Assembly: GCA_030141605.1 (NCBI GenBank)
Contig: JAQGDQ010000546.1
Coordinates: forward strand, 1-64,000
Length of the DNA: 64,000 nt
Direction of reading: 5' to 3'
Source: Tubiluchus corallicola
Taxonomy: Eukaryota > Animalia > Priapulida
This document shows positions 23,348-64,000 of the stretch, one piece after another. Each line of letters opens with the position of its first letter. Positions within the stretch are counted from its first letter, which is position 1. The position numbers were made by a program, and so were the translations under genes. Under the pieces are notes generated by a model. That model ran no database searches. It was not told the DNA's origin and saw nothing but the letters and a program-made list of their open reading frames with translations.

Positions 23348-25110
23348 CAGGTGCGTCCACAGAATTTCTTTAGAAAAACATTTTTATTGCTAAATAAAGT
23401 TTTTTTAGCAGTAAACCAAGAAACACACCAATCTCTTGTTTGTTTGCGCAATCCCCGAGCAGTCAGCTGATTTGCATAGTGAAGTCATGTTTATGTATCA
23501 CTTACATAGTGTCGATTCTCTTATCGATTTCCGTTGACTAGGCACTGTCCAGCATTGTTTCAATTGTCTAGTAGACAGTTTTTAGGTAACTGTGACTGCA
23601 CTTCTCACTCTAACGCAGACAAAGCGAAATCGACAGATACCTACATTCTGCCCTGTTTCATAATTGGTATTCGGTAATGGCAAGCCTCCTGCAAAGCAGC
23701 TAAAATTATCGCAGGTTTTTAAGTTATCTGCTGACACTGGAACTGATAATTCTGAGAATACGGATCATGTGCTTGCGACTTCTGTAAATGAAGGCGACAA
23801 CATAGCTGCTGCAAACAATTCTAATGCAACCGAATCAACTGATAGGAGCGTTGACCAAGAGGTATTTGAAATTGGTAATGATGATTTTTCATCACAGACG
23901 ACTGACAAACTAAAAAGAGAAATTTTGGAAAATTTATTTATACGAAACAAAAACTGGAAAGAACCACACTAAAGAATTTTAGGAATAAAAAGCGGCGAAT
24001 CCCTGACATCATCAATTTGACACAACTACTTATCCGTATATGAGTTATAGTGTTAAACTTGACAGTTTATTTTCGTACAACGTGCTCAGTGTTCGCACCA
24101 GTAAGTGTTTGTGGTGTCGTTACAAGTGAGCCATATTCAAACTCGTATCGAGCCAGTTGAGCGTGCACATATGCTTTTTTGAAAATTACAACAGGAAAAG
24201 ATACATCCATAAAAGAAAAATTATCTACGTCTTACAACGAAAAGGTAAAGCAAAACAAACAAGCACTTTCTGCGTTGTGAAAACTATCATTTTATGTGGG
24301 CACCAAAATATCGCTGTTAGAAGGAAAACTGACCAAAAAAGTAATTTTATATCATTACTAAAGTATAGAGCGGAAACTTATGCTGATCACCTTATGCTAA
24401 TCACTTATTATGAGTGATCACCTCCATAATGCAAAAAGATGTTCAATACAGAATGAACTGATAATGTTATGTGGAGAGCAGATACAAGATAGCATATTAG
24501 ACATCTGCCGGAATGCTAAGTACTATATTCTGATTGCTGACGAAAAAACGGACATTTCAATTAAAGAACAAGGCAGTATATTATTATGGTTTTTAGAGGA
24601 CTGTCAGCGATTTGATGAGTTTGTTTCTTTCGAAGTTACTGCTGATACTAGTAGTGAGACACTTTATTTACTTTTGTGTGATAAACTAAAATCTCTTGGA
24701 TTACAAAAAGAAAATATTGTGGGATTAGGCTTCGATGGAGCAGCGAATATGTCGGGTAAATTTAAAGGAGTGCAAGCGAGGCTCAAAAACGAAGCATGTT
24801 CCCACAGTTCAATATGTACTGCCGTGCCCACAATCTGAATTTGACCATAATTCATGCTTGTCTGGAACCTGCTCTGCGCAATATGTATGGAATAGTTTCA
24901 AACGTTGTTACTTCTATTGGTACATCTGCCAAAATACTACAAAATATACTTCGAAGGAGATGCACATGGTGACCATTTGAAAAAAATCGTGCCACACGTT
25001 GGACATGTCATGAAGAGATGCTTCGTACTTTTGTAGACAACTCAGGTAATGTTGTAGACACATTAGAAATTCTTAGTGGAGACTCTGATACTCTGATGAA
25101 ACTGGTAGTT
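23348..25110 (+). mobile_element. Decayed hAT transposon (ZMYM1/THAP12-like, DUF4371 type)
   Basis: IQNELI, IADEKTDISIKEQ, GFDGAANMSGKFKGVQARLK, HNLNL, CHTRW fragments; CAG-initiated putative terminus at 23348. Confidence 0.85.
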
Positions 25111-25170
25111 AGCTCAATGCTATTTGCTAAAGTAGAAAATGATAATCATTAATACATTTTTATTACACAG

Positions 25171-36730
<11,560 letters not shown>

Positions 36731-36889
36731 TTAAAAAACTCGTGAATATTTCGTAGAGCCGATTTAAGCGGAATATTCGCATGTTTATATTTACAACCTC
36801 GGTACGTCTTGTAATACACATTTTCTATTGGCAAATATGAAATCCCGCTGCATATTACATATACTTGAAGAAATCATTTATTGTGTGAT

Positions 36890-37025
36890 TAGCCACTAAA
36901 CGTTAAGCAAACTGGACCTAGCTAGTAAATGGATGGGTGACCGTGCTGTTGAGTGATGTCTGTCTGGTGTGGCCTGTCATCCCATTTCCAGTGACTATCA
37001 AGTATTTCCAGTGTAAATATCAGTC
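36890..37025 (+). mobile_element. SINE fragment with 5S-rRNA-like segment, in the collagen 3' UTR
   Basis: GTTAAGCAA...CTAGTAAATGGATGGGTGACCG resembles the 5S internal control region (GCTAAGCAG...TTAGTACTTGGATGGGAGACC); too short and diverged to be a 5S gene. Confidence 0.55.
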
Positions 37026-37142
37026 TTTGTATTTTTTGTCTTTAAGTTGGAGGAAATACATTACCCACTTCAAACATTTATGTTCTTGATAAACTTGTGC
37101 AATTGTGTGCTTAATGATACAGTGTAATTAACCGTACGAAAA

Positions 37143-37171
37143 ATTAAAAAAAACAATAACTTATTTTTATT
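37143..37171. terminator. Putative back-to-back poly(A) signals (ATTAAA on +, AATAAA on -)
   Basis: Each is the first hexamer after the respective stop codon and has a U-rich downstream element. Confidence 0.45.
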
Positions 37172-38356
37172 GTTCTTTTTACAGTTTACAACTACATGTT
37201 TCGGGGTGCTCAGACTAGAGAGTTTTCTCTCTGACTTACTTCTACAATGTTTAGAAGTAACTCGCAGAAAGTCTTGGTAAGTTTAAACAAGCTTGCGAAC
37301 TACTGCGAGATTACTTGGCGAGATAACTCATTAGTCCAAATGTGCCGTTAGATAAAATCGAACGTGAGAAATTTTTCTTTTTATAAATGATGCAAATCAT
37401 AGACACTTTCTATAATAGCAACATTTCTAAAAAATGGGGACCCTCGTCATAATGCATTTATGTACTATCAAAATAAGCTACCTATTACTTCTTAAGCTAA
37501 GCTACCTCAAACACAAAATCGCTTAAAATAGAATTATTTTGCATACTATGGAAGTGAAACTAGCTTGTTCATTTAAACAATATTCTAATGTAATTGTTTT
37601 CAACATACTAAGCATCTAAAATAAATATGTAACAGTAATGTAAGAGCAAAATGAACAAAATACAAACATACTGTTAATAGTTAAAAATATAAAATAGTAA
37701 CAACATGTTTACATTTGGTCGTGGTAACAGCAACTGTGACGCTGCCATTCTTGTATTACTCATCTCGCAATGCTGCAACTGGAAGCATTTCCATTTTCTA
37801 TCGATACAATGCCGCCTAGGATGCCAGGGTTCTGAGCTTGAATTTCGCTTATGTCTCAATTTTTCATACCTTATGCCATTCAATATACTTTGTAGCCACC
37901 TTAGGTGTGTTCAACTAGACATGTACAGGGGAAAGAAAGATGGTCGAGCCAGAGGTAGCTTATGTGCCAAATCAAGGAAAATACATGACTTCTATCTTAA
38001 TGCCAGGTCCACCTGACATGAGGCGATTCTTCTTGTTGTTACTGCATATATCACAGGTGCATACCTGCATGCTATTGCCATCCCTGGTTTTACAACTGGT
38101 GTACCAATTTTAGCTTAGGTACAGATAATATAGCAATAACTATTAATTTTAAAATAAATATAGAAAATGCATACAGAAGATATATATATAATATAATATA
38201 CTAAAGTTGTTGTTATTGTATATATATATACATATATATATATATGTATATATATATACAATAGCAACAACTTTAGTAAGTTGCAGTATATATATATACA
38301 CTGTAGTAATCTGTTATCTAACGAAGTGCAAAGAATTAGTCTTGCAACTTACTAAA

Positions 38357-38482
38357 GTTATTGTTGTTGTTGTTGTTGTTGCTGCTGCTGCTGCTGCTGC
38401 TGTTATTGGTGTTGCTGCTGTTGTTGTTGTTATTGTTGCTTTGTTGCTGTTGTTGTTATTGCTGCTCCTGTTTTCGTTGCTG
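38357..38482. repeat. (GTT/GCT)n microsatellite in the fibulin-1D 3' UTR
   Basis: Trinucleotide runs. Confidence 0.9.
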
Positions 38483-38503
38483 TAGACTGTAGAGTTTACA
38501 CAG

Positions 38504-62469
<23,966 letters not shown>

Positions 62470-64000
62470 CTTCAAATAAACACAAAACAAAACACACTAA
62501 TTAATACAGTGCCAAATAAATTGTTATCAAAAACTATAAATGGCTATAAAATGCATTTGAAGTCAAGGCATCCCGAACTTTCATTACAACTATTTTGCTT
62601 GTTTATAAAATTGCAATTCAAATGCCAAAGCAATCTTGATGTTTCGAATGTAAATGCCTGTACATATGATTTGCCTAATTTGCAAACAAAAATTTTGAGA
62701 AAAAGTATAACACTGTATAGTCTGTAATGCTAAGGCCGACAATAAAATTACTTTTGTTTCTGTCTAATCGCTTGGGTAATATTTTTTTATCATACACTTT
62801 ATAATTTTTTTGGGCACTCATATACAATTTAAAACGTAAAACGCAATAATTATTATAACATCTTTCTTTTGGGGAACGCAGGATGCAGCCATGTTTTCCT
62901 ATGGCTAACTCTCGGCCAGAGTTGCCATTTTGTATGGTGCTCATTGATTGAAGGTTAAAAAGTATCGAATTTTCCACCAAATTGGTGTATTAACGGCCGA
63001 GTTCTGTTGCCGCTTTTGCCATAATTATCAAAACATACGTATGTTCATGGCACAAAAAAGAGACTATACAATAATCGATAATTATATGATAATTTAGTAA
63101 TGCGAAACAAAAAAACTTAGTATAGCGTGAAAAAACGTGCAAAATTAAAACAATACTGCTAACCAGTGGGAAATAAACAAACTTTGATTTCAACTGATTT
63201 TAAATATTCCACAATTCAGCTTTAAACATTCACGAACCTTTAAAGAAATTTTTTTGAAAAAATATTTTTTCCTCTTTCGCTACTGACATCTTTTGAGCTC
63301 ATGATGTAAGACAGAAACAAATTCTTTTGTGGTCGGACTAACTGTAATTAAACGGAAGCTATTTCATAATATTGTATTATGAAAACACATGCAAGTGCAA
63401 CAGGCTTAGCCTCGCCAGATACTGAATCAAGAAATCAGGAACAATTTACATAGGCTAATCAGCTAGAGCCACGGGGGGTGGGGGTCATAAGCTCCCATGT
63501 GCAGCGAGGGGTATTCACTATTGCACTCAGTAAAATTTAAAATTAGGCAGATTGAATTACATGTACAGTATGATACATGAAAATAAGATTGAAATATACA
63601 CTAAATCACAAAAGCACTTTAAAATGCAACTGAATAGCGAATCATGCAACCATAGTACGTCCATGGACTATGGCATCAACAGCGACAAAGCTGGAAAATG
63701 TGTTTTGTATATATTACTCTGTTTTTATTTGTGAAAACATTTATGAGCAAATCAGGGCAAAAATTGGAGACAATTAATAAGGGGAAATAGGCTGAAAAAA
63801 AACAATCCCAGAAAAAATGGGACATACTTAAATGTTTTCATACCAATTTTAATATAACTTTTTAAAATTACCTCATTGTGAAAAAATATATTCTGACAAC
63901 CTGATGACTCCTAAAGTGTCATTTTATGTAATTTATTATTTTGTTTATGTCAAAAGCTTAATTTTGTCTGAACACGCCGCAGCTCCAGCAATTGCTGCTG

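Noticed and set aside
24157-25000. Domesticated ZMYM1/THAP12-like host gene
   Set aside because: Multiple frameshifts, deletions and stops; a decayed hAT
37185-37276. Exon-like segment on + (ACAG...GTAAGT) with a small hairpin
   Set aside because: No partner exons or recognisable peptide; the pyrimidine tract is explained by the poly(A) region and it falls in the fibulin-1D 3' UTR

Overview
AT-rich, intron-rich, transposon-laden animal (invertebrate) genomic DNA; no prokaryotic features. Three spliced host genes can be assembled by hand with in-phase GT-AG exons. (1) + strand 871-6452: a receptor with three Ig-like domains (Fasciclin-3/Kirrel-like ectodomain), a TM helix and a tyrosine-kinase-fold domain encoded by one intronless exon, with broken catalytic motifs (HRD->CYD, loop Asn->His, DFG->RFG). 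This is a candidate undescribed adhesion-receptor pseudokinase; its signal-peptide exon lies upstream of the window. (2) + strand 25171-36730: a type II membrane-anchored short-chain (spongin/C4-like) collagen with a furin site. (3) - strand 62469-38504: fibulin-1 (5' end outside the window) with 15 EGF exons and both ancient alternative C-termini (one 1C exon and three 1D exons). Genes 2 and 3 are tail-to-tail and may share a bidirectional poly(A) site. Between genes 1 and 2 lie an internally deleted P/THAP element with TIRs and an 8-bp TSD, a nested stack (Harbinger > Gypsy LTR element > BEL/Pao fragment, plus a 1.29-kb tandem duplication) and a decayed hAT. Introns hold L2/CR1, Rex1 and RTE-X LINE fragments, MITEs, SINE-like pieces and satellites. 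All family assignments come from motif recognition by eye, not database searches.
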